Source: Mobula hypostoma (Eukaryota). Taken from it: a stretch of DNA of 64,000 nucleotides. Positions 51,881-63,541 of this stretch are shown piece by piece. The position numbers and the translations under genes are program-made. The notes beneath the pieces are model-generated. The model was not told where the DNA came from, did not search any database, and saw nothing but the letters and a program-made list of their open reading frames with translations. Numbering within the stretch: position 1 is the stretch's first letter; every line of letters begins with the position of its first letter. The stretch is taken from NCBI RefSeq assembly GCF_963921235.1, contig NC_086097.1:62064001-62128000 (forward strand). The letters run 5' to 3'.

Positions 51881-54600
51881 AAGTTCAAGTTTATTGTCAT
51901 TGTACAAATGTACTGCCAAATGGAACAATATTCCTCTGGACCAAGGTGCACAACACAGTGCATATAATTCACACACAAGACATAAAGTAATACTAACACA
52001 ATAATAATTACAAATAATAAAATGTATCCCAGAAGGCTGACATTTAACATGAGGTGCATTTATGACACAAGTTTAAAAAGTATATGGTATATCACTTCAT
52101 ATGTGATGAGACCCGGGTGCATGCATGGAGTTCAGTAGTCTCACAGTCTCAGAGCTGCTTTTTCCCATCCTAACAGTTCTTATTATGCTATGGTATCTCT
52201 CGCCTAATGATAGAGGGCCAAAGAGGTTGTTGGATGGATGGGAGGAATCATTGACAATGTTCAGGGCCCTGCAGTCCTCTCTGATAATCTTTTGTAGGAT
52301 CTTGCAGTCACATGTCTTGCAATTCCCATGGGTGATGCAGCTGGCTAGGACACTCTCAATGATGCCCCTGTAAAGATTGGTTAGGATGGGGTGCTCACCT
52401 CAATATCCTCAAAAAGGGGAGTCACTTCTGTGCTTTTTTAACTAAAGATGCAGTGTTGAGGGATCAGGTGAGATCGTCCATTACGTGTGCTCCCAGAAAT
52501 TTGCTGCTCCTAATTTTCTCCACAGAGGAGCTGTGTATGTGCCATGAGGAGTGGTCAGCCTACACCTTCATAAAGCCCACAGGAACCTCTTTAGTCTTGT
52601 CCACATTGAGACAGAAATTGTAGTGCTCATACTATTCTACCATCTGCTCTACTTCCACTCTGTACACCATCTTGTTGTCATTGTTGATGAAGCCAACTGC
52701 TGTTGTATCATCAGCGAACTTGAGGATTGGGTTTGAACTGGATTTAGTACTGCAGGCATGCATCAGTAGCATGAACACCAAGGGATGAACACACAGTCCT
52801 GTTCATCGTGATTAAGGTAGAGATTCTGCTGCCAGCATGGACTGACTGTGATCATTCTGCCAAGAAGTCCAATGTCCAGTCACAGAGAAAAGTTTTGAGA
52901 TCCAACAAGGGCAGTTTACCCACCATTTTATGAGGGTTTATCATATTAAATGCCAAGCAGAAGTTGATAAACAGCATCCTAGTGTAGGAGACACCATTCA
53001 CCGGATGGTACAGGATGGAGTGGCGGGCTAAGGTTACGTCATCGTTAGTGGATCAATTTGGGCAATAAGCGAACTGGAACGGGTCCAATGTAACAGAAAG
53101 ATGGTATTTATGGGATCCATAACCAGCCACCCAAAGCGCTGTCGATGATGCCCCTGTAAAAATTGTTAAGTCAGTGTCACTAGCGAGAGGTTATTGTCAC
53201 CCTCTTGGGCACCAGGATGATAGTGGCTGCCTTGAAGCCTGCAGAGACGGTGAAGTGTTCCAGAGAGATATTGAAGAAAACCTCTGTTAACTGGGCTATA
53301 CACTCCCTCAAGAGCAGGGAGGTCATGCTGTAACTATACGGGGTACTGGTGAGGCCGCACCTGGAGTACTGTGTGCAGTTCTGGTCTCCATACTTGAGGA
53401 AGGATATACTGGCTTTGGAGGCAGTGCAGAGGAGGTTCACCAGCTTGATTCCAGAGATGAAGTAGTTAACCTATGAGGAGGACTTGAGTCGCCTGGGACT
53501 ATACTCTCTGGAATTCAGAAAAATGAGAGGGGATCTTATAGAAACATACAAAATTTTGAAAGAGGTAGATAAGCCAGAAGTAGGAAAGCTGTTTCCATTG
53601 GTAGGTGAGAGTAGAACTAAAGGACATTGCCTCAAGATTCAGGGGAGAAGATTTACGACGGAGATGAGGAGAAACTGTTTTTCCCCAGAGAGTGGTGAAT
53701 CTGTGGAATTCTCTGCCCAGGGAAGCAGTTGAGGCTTCCTCACTAAACATATTTAAGAAACAGTTAGATAGGTTTTTGCATAGTAGGGGAATTAAGGGTT
53801 ATGGGAAAAAGGCATGTAGATGGAGCTGAGTTTACGGACAGATCAGCCATGATCTTACTGAATGGTGGGGCAGGCTCGATGGTCTGGATGGCCTACTCCT
53901 GTTCCTATTTCTTATGTTCTATGTTCTTATATTCTCTGTGAGCGTGGCTTCCTGATAGCGTGGGTAGCTCTCACTGACCTTACAAACATCAAGATCATGT
54001 TATCTCCTGATCTGAAAGCAGCATCCTAATCTCTCAGCAATTCCTGGACCTCTGTTGTCTACCATGTCTTCTGATTTGCCCTCACGGAGATACATTTCAT
54101 AACGGTGTTGTCTTCAAGGCACTTCTCAGTGTAGTCAGTTACAGATCTCGTAAATTCATCGAAGTTAATGTGATGGTCATAGGTAATTGCCTCACTGAAC
54201 ATGCTTCAGTCTGTATTTTCAAAACAGTCCTGTAATGCTGAGGTTGTTCTTTTTAATTAGGTCCCTACCTCCCTATGAAATGGTTTGATTCATTTAATTA
54301 GTGTTTTGTATGCAGAAATTAGTGTAACAGATAAAAGGTCAGAGTATTCAAGATGGGGACAGAGAGCAGCCTTGTATGCACCAGGTATGCTGGTATAAAC
54401 CAGATCAATTGTGTTCCCACCTCTGGTAGCAAAGTCAACATGCTGACAGAATATAGACAGGACTGTTTTTTTTTGATTTAGCATGGTTGGAGTCACCAAC
54501 AGCAATAAAGAAACTGTTGGTATGTGTGGCTTGGAGGTCAGTGATGACGCCGTAGAGCTCACGCAACACTTGCCCAGCATCAACTCAGGTGGGGATGTGA
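51881..54600 (-). mobile_element. Rex1/Babar copy B (APE-RT-3'UTR), interrupted by CR1 at about 53308-53930
   Basis: APE QHVDFATRGGNTIDLVY..SD; LRECIAQLTEVF.NISL..FKAATII.VPK; LDPFQFAY; KFADDTT; (AACTTG)n tail. Confidence 0.82.
53308..53930 (+). mobile_element. Young CR1 3' fragment
   Basis: [24 protein letters not shown]...; tail TCTTATGTTCTATGTTCTTAT. Confidence 0.9.
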
Positions 54601-54893
54601 CAGCCAAGAAGTAAAAGCTGCCCACCCATCCCAATGCTGACCTCTCAATGAGTGCATGTTCCACTGACTTTCCTTTCCTGCAGTCCCCAATCATTCCTTG
54701 ATCTTGTTGGCACTGTGCAAGCTTGTTGTTGCAACGCCACTCAGCCAGCTGACTTAACTCACTCCTGTGCACCTCTTCATCAGCATCTGAGATTTTATGA
54801 GCAACGGTGGTGTCATCAGCAAATATATAGATAGCATTCAAGCTGTGCAGTCACACAGGTATGAGCAAACAGAAAGTGGAGCAGTGAGCTAAG
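54600..54893 (-). mobile_element. Rex1/Babar copy A, RT core segment
   Basis: LSSLLHFLFAHTCV..NAIYIFADDTTV...GSFYFLAV; homologous to 37290-37530. Confidence 0.8.
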
Positions 54894-56410
54894 TGGACCC
54901 CTGTGGAACACCACTGGTAACCGGCAGCCAGCCAGAATAGAATCCCTTTATTCCCACTCTCTGTTTCCTGCCAATCAGCCAACGCTCTATCCACGTATGT
55001 AACTTTCCCGTAATTCCATGGGCTCTTATCTTGTTAAGTAGCCTCATGTGTGGCACCTTGTCAAAGGCCTTCTGAAAATCCAAATATACAACATCCACTG
55101 CATCTCCCTTGTCCAGCCTATTGGTAATTTCCTCAAAAAATTGTAATAGGCTTGCCAGGCAGGATTTTCCTTTAAGGAATCCATGCTGAGTTCTGCCTAT
55201 CTTGTCATATGCCTCCAGGTACTTAGTAACCTCATCCTTGACAATCGAATCCAACAACTTCCCAACCATCAATGTCAAACTAACAGGTCTATAATTTCCT
55301 TTTTGCTTCCTTGCCCCCTTCTTAAATAGAGGAGTGACATTTGCAATCTTCCAGTCCTCTGGAACCATGCCAGAATCTATCGACTTTTGAAAGATCAAAG
55401 TTAATGCCTCTGCAATCTCCACAGCTACTTCCTTCAGAACACGAGGGTGCAGTCCATCTAGTCTGGGAGATTTATCTACCTTTAGACCATTCAGCTTCCA
55501 GAGTACATTCTCCGTCGTAATTGTGACTGCGCACACTTCTCTTCCCTGCCACCCTTGAGTGTTCGGTATACTGCTGATGTCTTCCTCAGTGAAGACTGAT
55601 GCAAAATACTCGTTCAGTTCCTCTGCCATCTCCTTATCTCCCGTTACAATTTCTCCAGCATCATTTCCTATTGGTCCTATATCTACTCTCACATGTCTTT
55701 TACTCTTTATATACTTGAAAAAGCTTTTAGTATCCTCTTTGATATTATTTGCTAGCTTACTTTCATAGTTAATCTTTTCCCTCTTAATGACCTTCTTAGT
55801 TTCCTTTTGTAATATTCTAAAAACTTCCCAATCCTCTGTCTTCCCACTAATTTTTGCTTCCTTATATTCCCTCTCCTTTGCTTTAACTTTGGCTTTGACT
55901 CTCTTGTCAGCCACGGTTGCATCTTTTTTCCCATTCGAAATTTTTTTTTTGGAATATACCTGCCTTGCACCTTCCTCACTTCTCGCATAAGCTCCAGCCA
56001 CTGCTGCTCTGCCGTCCTTCCCACCAGTATCCCTTTCTAGTCAACTTTGGCCAGTTTCTCTCGCATGCCACTGTAATTTCCTTTACTCCACTGAAATACT
56101 GACACATCAGATTTCGGCTTCTCTTTTTCAAATTTCACAGTGAACTCAATCATGTTATGATCACTGCCTCCTAAGGGTTCCTTCACCTCAATCTCTCTAA
56201 TCACCTCCAGTTCATTACACAATACCCAATCCAGTACAGCCGATCCCCTAGTGGACTCAACAACAAACTGTTCTGAAAAGCCATCTCGCAGACATTTTAC
56301 AAATTCTCTCTCTTGGGATCCAGTGCCGACCTGATTTTCCCAATCCACTCGCATGTTAAAATCCCCCACAATTATCATAACACTGCCCTTCTGACAAGTC
56401 TTTTCTATTT

Positions 56411-56631
56411 ACACACATCAAAGTTGTTGGTGAACGCAGCAGGCCAGGCAGTATCTCTAGGAAGATGTTTCAGGCCAAGACCCTTCGTCAGGACCCTAAG
56501 TCCTGACGAAGGGTCTCGGCCTGAAACGTCGACTGTACCTCTTCCTAGAGATGCTGCCTGGCCTGCTGCGTTCACCAGCAACTTTGATGTGTGTTGCTTG
56601 AATTTCCAGCATCTGCAGTATTCCTGTTGTT
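56411..56631. mobile_element. Fold-back PLE pLTR-derived insertion in the CR1 APE region
   Basis: Arms 56411-56494 and 56500-56594 inverted around CCTAA; TSD AGTCTTTTCTATTT (56397-56410) / AGCCTTTTCTATTT (56632-56645). Confidence 0.9.
56499..56534 (+). ncRNA. Minimal type I hammerhead ribozyme motif (PLE-type)
   Basis: AGUC-CUGACGA-AGGGUCUCGGCCU-GAAAC-GUC^-GACU: stem I AGUC/GACU, complete core, palindromic ACGU stem III. Confidence 0.75.
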
Positions 56632-57196
56632 AGCCTTTTCTATTTCCTGTTGTAATTTGTAGTCCACATCACTGCAGCTGTTTGGAGGCCTATAAATGCC
56701 ATCAGGGTCCTTTTACCCCTGCGATTTCTTAGCTCAACCCATAAAGATTCTGCACCTTCCGATCCTATATCACCTCTTTCTAATGATTTAATATCATTTC
56801 TTACCAATAAAGCCACGCCTCCCCCTCTGCCTACCTTCCTATTCTTCCGATACACCGTGTATCCTTGGACGTTCAGCTCCCAGAGACATGCATCCTTTAG
56901 CCACGTCTCAGTGATGGCCACAATATCATACCTGCCAATCTGTAGCTGTATGACAAGATCATCCACCTTATTCCTTATGCTGCGTGCATTTAAGTATAAC
57001 ACCTTAAGACCAGTATTTGGTACTTTTCCCTTTGATTTCACTACAACTCTATTGCACTGCAACTCATCCCAATGGCTACAAATTTGCCCCATCACCTATC
57101 TGTCTTTCTTGACATCTTTACTGCTCACTATCATAGATTTATTTCTGTTTTCCCCTTCCTCCGCTCTATCATTCCGGTTCCCATCCCCCTGCCAAA

Positions 57197-57958
57197 TTAG
57201 TTTGAACCCCACCCCCCAACAGCTCTATTAAACCTTCCCGCCAGGATATTGGCCCCCTTTGGGTTCAGGTGTAACCTGTCCATTTTGAACAGGTCATACT
57301 TCCCCCAGAAGGGATCCCAATTATCCAAGAATCTGAAGCCCTGCCCCCTACACCAGTCTCTCAGCCACGCATTCATCTGCCTGATCCTACTATTCTTGCC
57401 CTCGCTAGCACGTGGCACAGGTAGCAGTCCCGAGATTACTACCCTGGAGGTCCTGCTTCTCAGCTTCCTTCCTAACTCCCAGAAATCTCTCTTCAGGACC
57501 TCCTCCCTTTTCCTATCTATGTCATTGGTACCAACATGTACCAAGACAACTGGCTGCTCACCCTCTGCCTTCAGAATATTCTGGACCCGATCTGAGACAT
57601 TCTGCACCCTGGCTCCTGGGAGGGAACACACCATGCGGGTATCTCTATCAGGCTCACAGAATCTCCTGTCTGTTCCCGTGACTATGGAATCCCCTATGAC
57701 TACCGCATTCCTCTTCTCCCTCGTTCTCTCCTGCACAACAGCGCCAGGCTCAGTGCCAGAGACCTGGTCACCGTGGGCGTCCCCTGTCAGGTCATCCCCC
57801 TCAAAGGCATCTAGAACAAGATATTTGTTGCTGAGGGGGATAGCCACAGGTGTGCTCTCCACTATCCGGGCATTTCCCTTCCCTCTCTTGACAGTGACTC
57901 TGTTTTCTGACCCCTGTAGCCTAGGGATGACTACCTCCCTGTAGCTCCTGTCTATCAC
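57197..57958 (-). CDS. CR1 ORF1p SGNH/GDSL esterase-like domain (N-terminal zinc-finger part frameshifted, about 58000-58125)
   Basis: VIGDSIV, LPGA, HVGTND and DRLHLN blocks; upstream CSGCQMWE...HIC. Confidence 0.88.
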   Translation of the reverse strand: MIDRSYREVVIPRLQGSENRVTVKRGKGNARIVESTPVAIPLSNKYLVLDAFEGDDLTGDAHGDQVSGTEPGAVVQERTREKRNAVVIGDSIVTGTDRRFCEPDRDTRMVCSLPGARVQNVSDRVQNILKAEGEQPVVLVHVGTNDIDRKREEVLKRDFWELGRKLRSRTSRVVISGLLPVPRASEGKNSRIRQMNAWLRDWCRGQGFRFLDNWDPFWGKYDLFKMDRLHLNPKGANILAGRFNRAVGGWGSN

Positions 57959-58229
57959 CTCTTCACTTTCCCTGATAAGCAGTAGGTCATCAAGCTGCAG
58001 CTCCAGATCCCTAAAACGGTCTCTGAGGAGCTGCGTCTGGCACAGATGTGTCCATCAGGGAGGCTGGAGGTCTCCCAGAATTCCCACATCTGACACCCTG
58101 AACAAAGCACTAACCCTTCAGGAATGCTATCTAATTCTACGGGAATGAAACAGGAAAAATAAGTCTACTCACCCACTTACCTCGCCAAACACACAAACTT
58201 TTTAAACCATTAGCTCATATCGTTAGCTC

Positions 58230-58480
58230 TGTGAGCTCTGTTGTTCCTGTCTGTCCGGGCCGATTCGCCAATGGTGGGCGGGGGGGGGGGGTGAAGAGTT
58301 GGTGTTTTGCTCTTGCCTCTTCCCGTTTACCGCCGAAGCCCGTTGAAGCCAAAGTCTTACACTCTGCTACCGCTCACTCCACTGCCCGCTCCGACAGCTG
58401 CCCGCTGTATAGGGTGGTCTCCTTTTTAAACTCTCCGCACTGTCCTGTTACGTCACGCGCCTGCGCAGTCTCATCCTTCT
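58230..58480 (-). promoter_or_regulatory. CpG-rich CR1 5'UTR, putative internal promoter
   Basis: Locally high CpG; ACGTCA and GCGCCTGCGC motifs at 58450-58466. Confidence 0.4.
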
Positions 58481-60444
58481 TGCACTCGAAGATGTTTTTT
58501 GGATTGAATTCATATGGATTGATTAATTAGTTTCATTTATAAGCTGTTGTTTATTTATAGTATGTGAATTGTTTGAAGCTCCCAATTTCTTTTCAAAATC
58601 ATGACTTTATAGGTTTGAACACTTTACCTAATTGCCATTTCTTACATGATGAGTTTAGCTAGAGCACTTGGGGTGAAACTTTTCCATGGGGAAGCAGTGG
58701 TAAACTGTTCAGGGGTCCCAAAGAAGATAAGTTGAGAGAACCTACTTGAGTGCGGTTCCCAGTCCTGGACTAGATTCTGTTAAACATCAGCACTATTAAT
58801 ATCATTTTTGTCCTAAGATAAAATGACATAATCTAATTTTGAGAGAACTGCTTTATAAGAGCTTTGTATGGAACTTGTGTTACTGGCACAGGTAGCACGA
58901 GTGACTGAAAATGTCTACTCTGTTGCACTTTGGTTTAGATATTGTCGCAGCCACGTTCCACACTAAAAAGTGGCAAAGGGACAGTGGGGGAGTCTCCTGA
59001 TGCATGGAGACACATTTCAGTATTTGTGGGTGAGAATAGTTATTACCCTGTGACCCCACTTATGTCTCAGGACATCAGAGGGTAGTGTTGGTTGTGGGAG
59101 CCATTCTTTTCATCTCTCATCACTGTGTTAAATACATCATTGAATCAGGTCTCTTCTGAACGAGCTCATGAGCACCTTTCAATCTTTTGCTCATCACTTA
59201 CCCCTAATCTAATCAACGCATTTAGCCTTACTCAATTAATACTATATTTTGCATGAGTTTACCACATGAAATATTCAGCATTAAGATGCAGTGAAACATT
59301 GTCATTTACCGGGTCTGTAAGCTATAGATCTATGTCAGAGGGAAAGCGGTGCTGGTCTGACATCTTAACGTCAGGCTAATTGACTGTTTTTAAAGTGACA
59401 AAAATCTAATGATGAGCTGTATTGTGACGGCAATATTATTGCACTCCTTAGAAGAAAAAGACATCATAGTACCTCATGAGCTGGAAGGAGTCAGTTAAAT
59501 CCACTGCTACAGCTTATGGGCAGACTTGTAATGCATGATTGCATCAATGCACAAACATATACCATTTAATAAATATGACCACACAAAATGCAAACACTAA
59601 TTCCAGCAAATATTTCTGGCTAGCTCTAGCAGTCTCAGCATGTTTGAAAGATAAAGAATGTGTCACAACCACTTCTTGCTCACCCCATTTACCGAAGCAC
59701 ATTACATTGTAATCTATGTGTGAAGAGCAATGGTAATAACATGCATACACTGCAGGCAAAGATAGAATCATGGGTTTATAGCACTGGAGTGTTCATTTTT
59801 GCACTTTTCTTCACTGTATCTATCTCAAAATAGCTCCCCACATTTTTTTTTATATTTCCTTCTTCAAATATTTGTATTAGTTCCTTAAGCTCCAAGGGTG
59901 ATCATTATGAGATATTCTATGATTCAAATTAATGTCCATGTTAAAACATTTTTAAATCTCCCTGCACTGATTGTAAATCAATCCAGTTATTAAATCAATT
60001 TTCTCAATGGTTGAAGTGCCACAAATTCCAGTTTGCATCTGTGTCATGGACATCTTCCCTACCAACTCTGAGCTCTCCGAGTGGTACACTGTGAGACAAC
60101 ATCAATAATTCTTGCATTCCATTGTGAGAGGAGAAATGGTTAATCTTGATATCACAATGTCAGTTACTACAGAGTTGGTTTAACTTGTTTACTGTCAAGA
60201 TCCATATCAAAGTATGGCAAATATGCCATCTCTTCTCAAAAAGGAGGAACAATTCCAAGGGGATAGCTCCATCTGGATTGATATTTAGAGAAAACCACAG
60301 CTCCTAATATAATTTCAGAAAAAAAATTGAGATTCTAATTGAAAACAATATTTTCCAGTGTTTTGTTTTGGAAGTACCTTCCCTCGATTTATGAGATTGA
60401 TGTTTGGATTCTGTTCTTCCCAAGACTCCTGATTAATGTTTCAG

Positions 60445-60610
60445 TACAAGAGGAAGAGGAAGAATTGGGCAGACAATATTGCAGAGTGGACTGGGGAGGC
60501 ACTCACCCCAAACATGAGAGAAGGAGGCAACTAGTGCAGCATTCATCTGTACAGTGTGCCAGTGACCCAGGTGGGTGTGGGATCCATAACTATAATCATA
60601 ACCATAACTC
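60445..60610 (+). mobile_element. RTE-like 3' end remnant
   Basis: RKRKNWADNIAEWTG...RQLVQHSS typical of RTE C-termini; (CATAAC)n-like tail. Confidence 0.6.
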
Positions 60611-60784
60611 AAAATTATGCTCAGTTCAAATACTTATTTAAGATTAGTTGCCAAAAATAGTTGCATTTGCAATGCTTGTGAAAATGTGTCAATTATCATT
60701 GGCATTTAGTTTCAAAAGAGGAGCCCATTTTCAATTTGCCTGTATTATTGGTCAAAACGCAGACAGAAAGTTATGGCAAATGGC

Positions 60785-61186
60785 TTTGGAACGTAAAAGG
60801 TTGAGGGGGGACTTGATAGAGATATTTAAGATTATGAGGGGGATAGATAGAATTGATGTGGATAGGCTTTTTCCATTGAGAGTGGGGGAGATTCAAACAA
60901 GAGGACATAAGTTGAGACTTAAAGGGCAAAAGTTTAGGGGTAACATGAGGGGGAACTTCTTTACTCTGAGAGTGGTAGCTGTGCGGAACGAGCTTCCAGC
61001 AGAAGTGGTTGAGGCAGGTTCGATGTTGTAGTTTAAAGTTAAATTGGACAACTATATGGACAGGAAAGGAACGGAGGGTTATGGGGTGAGTGCAGGTCGG
61101 TGGGACTAGGTGAGAGTAAGAGTTCAGCACGGACTGGAAGGGCCGAGATGGCCTGTTTCCATGCTGTAATTGTTATATGGTTATAT
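60785..61186 (+). mobile_element. CR1 3' fragment
   Basis: LERKRLRGDLIE.FKIMRGIDR...NFFT.RVV; (GTTATATG)n tail. Confidence 0.9.
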
Positions 61187-61384
61187 ACGGCATTATAGTT
61201 TTGTTTTAGCAACTTAGAATGTGGTCAGATGATAGGATAACTTAAAGTGGAGGAGGCAATGAAATAAGGAGTACTCAAATTACCCTAACTAGAGCCTTGG
61301 AAGTTTATTATATCTCTGTCAAAAAACATCAACAAAAAGAGAACATTACACCGTTTTCTTAATTTTTATCAATGATCAGGAATT

Positions 61385-61778
61385 TACTCTTTGAGGAGAA
61401 GAAGGATGAGAGGAGACATGGTAGAGGTGTACAAGATAATAAGAGGAATAGATAGAGTGGATAGCCAGCGCCTCTTCCCCAGGGCACCACTGCTCAATAC
61501 AAGAGGACATGGCTTTAAGGTAAGGGGTGGGAAGTTCAAGGGGGATATTAGAGGAAGGTTTTTTACTCAGAGAGTGGTTGGTGCGTGGAATGCACTGCCT
61601 TAGTCAGTGGTGGAGGCAGATACACTAGTGAAGTTTAAGAGACTACTAGACAGGTATATGGAGGAATATAAGGTGGGAGTTATATGGGAGGCAGAGTTTG
61701 AGGGTCGGCACAACATTGTGGGCTGAAGGGCCTGTGCTGTGCTGTACTATTCTATGTTCTATGTTCTATGTTCTATGA
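61385..61778 (+). mobile_element. CR1 3' fragment
   Basis: RRRMRGDMVEVYKIIRGIDRVD...QRVVGAWNALP; (TTCTATG)n tail. Confidence 0.9.
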
Positions 61779-63541
61779 ATAGTGGCAGAATAATGGCAAG
61801 TTGACGTTTTCAGATATTTAACTGTCTTACTGATCTGATATCCAACTGTTTGCCTCACAAGTCCATCCAAATTGAGTTGGAATGGAGATGAATGATTCAG
61901 GCTTATATTTCAAATTAAATATTTTTCAAAATGTTAATGTTATTTCTTTTTATTCATGAAATTGTTAACTTGGTTGGAAACTTCGAAATCTGCTTCAGAA
62001 GGACTAAAGTATTTAATAATTAACGAACAAAACTAGACTGAATACAACACTTATCAACATTTGGATGTGTGTGGATCTCCTTTTCCATCTTAAATTGCAC
62101 GTGGCTTCTCATTGATATGAAGACAAGCTTTTGTAGACTATTAATTCAGCAATTGTGACTGCTTTTGTATTTAGTCCTTATCAGTGTAGGAACAAAAATA
62201 TAGTTGAGTGTTGTTGATCTCACATCTTCTTACATCTTTCTGTTTTCAAATCAACATCTCTCTAAATTGCCCTGGCTTATTTTTTAATTTATTCTTAAAA
62301 GGCAGAGATTACTTTTAAATATTTCATTTATTGCTAATCCTCATTGCCCTTGAGATAGTGGTGTTGAGCTGTCATCTTGAACCACTGCAGCTCATGAAGT
62401 GAAGACATTCTCATTCTGCTATTGGGTAAGCATTTTGCATTTTTAGAATAACCTTCACATCCATTTCAAATTACTTTACAACCAACAAGGCACTTTTTAA
62501 GGTACAGTCACTGTTATAATATTATAATGTAACTAGGCAGTTCCAAGTTATTAACCTGGTATCAAGGACTTGCGCCATAGTCTGCACAAGGATAACAATA
62601 GTACTGAATTTACTCACTCATCACACTTGCCCCATCTTCTGCAAGCCTTGGTTGACATCAGGAGCGCAACCTAAGAAAATTTGCTGCATGTTCCTTCTGT
62701 GTTGGAGCTTAAGACAAATATATACAACAGCCCAGAAGATCTGCAGGTCCAGTACCATCACAAGTTTGAGTTATTACTAGAGAATATTGTGAGTAGCTAA
62801 GATGTCAACATAACAGCTGCTTAATCTCGTGAATTTACACCCAGAGTGATCAAAAGCAGAAATACAAATGCCAGAGATTTTATGTAAATGCAGAAAAAAG
62901 CTGATAATTCTGATGCATTTCTTTTGCCTGGTATCATCATGTTGTAGATGCCATTGAAGATGCTATATATTTCCAGCACTTTCTATTTCAAGTAGCATAT
63001 TTTCAAATGCTCTTCATTCCAAGGAGCCTTGTAGCTGCAACTGCCCGAATTGTAAATATCACAGAGCAGCTTTGTTTACTCAGGGTTTCATGCTCACAAA
63101 TTTTGTTTGTAGCTCATTGAAAGGCAATAATTTAGTGCTACAATTAAATTATTTCTCTTCACAACATACAGAATTGCAGATGTACAGAGCTTTGGCTTTA
63201 TAGATAGTAGAGTGACTAGAAGCAAGTGCAATCTGACAGCTGCACTGTTATTTTCATGCAAATGCTATTTATCCATCGACAAAAACTGTAGCTGGCACAA
63301 GCAAAAATAATTTTCTGTTTTTCTGTTATGTGGTCTTACCAACGACGAAGCAGCTGAGATTGGTTGTAAATGGGACAAAGCACCATTGATGCATACTTCT
63401 CTTTCATTTCCTACTACTATTGTATGTGCGGGGTGAAAATGAGCATGCGGGGACATGATAGAATAATAGTCAAATGACTGGACAAGTATCCAAAGGCCAT
63501 GACTATTGAAAAAGGATCCCGCGCTTTCCCAATGTATATGA

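Larger units (their letters stand above)
54894..58490 (-). mobile_element. Young CR1 5' half (5'UTR, ORF1, APE, RT N-half), 3'-truncated at GVPQGS
   Basis: ORFs 57197-57958, 56640-57095 (YLNARSIRNK, AITETWL), 56037-56378 (GDFN, SDHN) and 54889-56001; CpG-rich 5'UTR 58230-58480. Confidence 0.93.

Noticed and set aside
54290..54841. 183-aa ORF with RT before endonuclease
   Set aside because: Chance in-frame fusion of two nested Rex1 copies
57249..57944. 231-aa plus-strand ORF
   Set aside because: Antisense shadow of CR1 ORF1
60445..60570. 126-nt AG/GT-bounded candidate exon
   Set aside because: Better explained as an RTE 3' end (NWADNIAEWTG plus repeat tail)
63335..63456. Minus-strand ORF ending at a GTAAG donor
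   Set aside because: No recognisable protein or acceptor; cannot be supported
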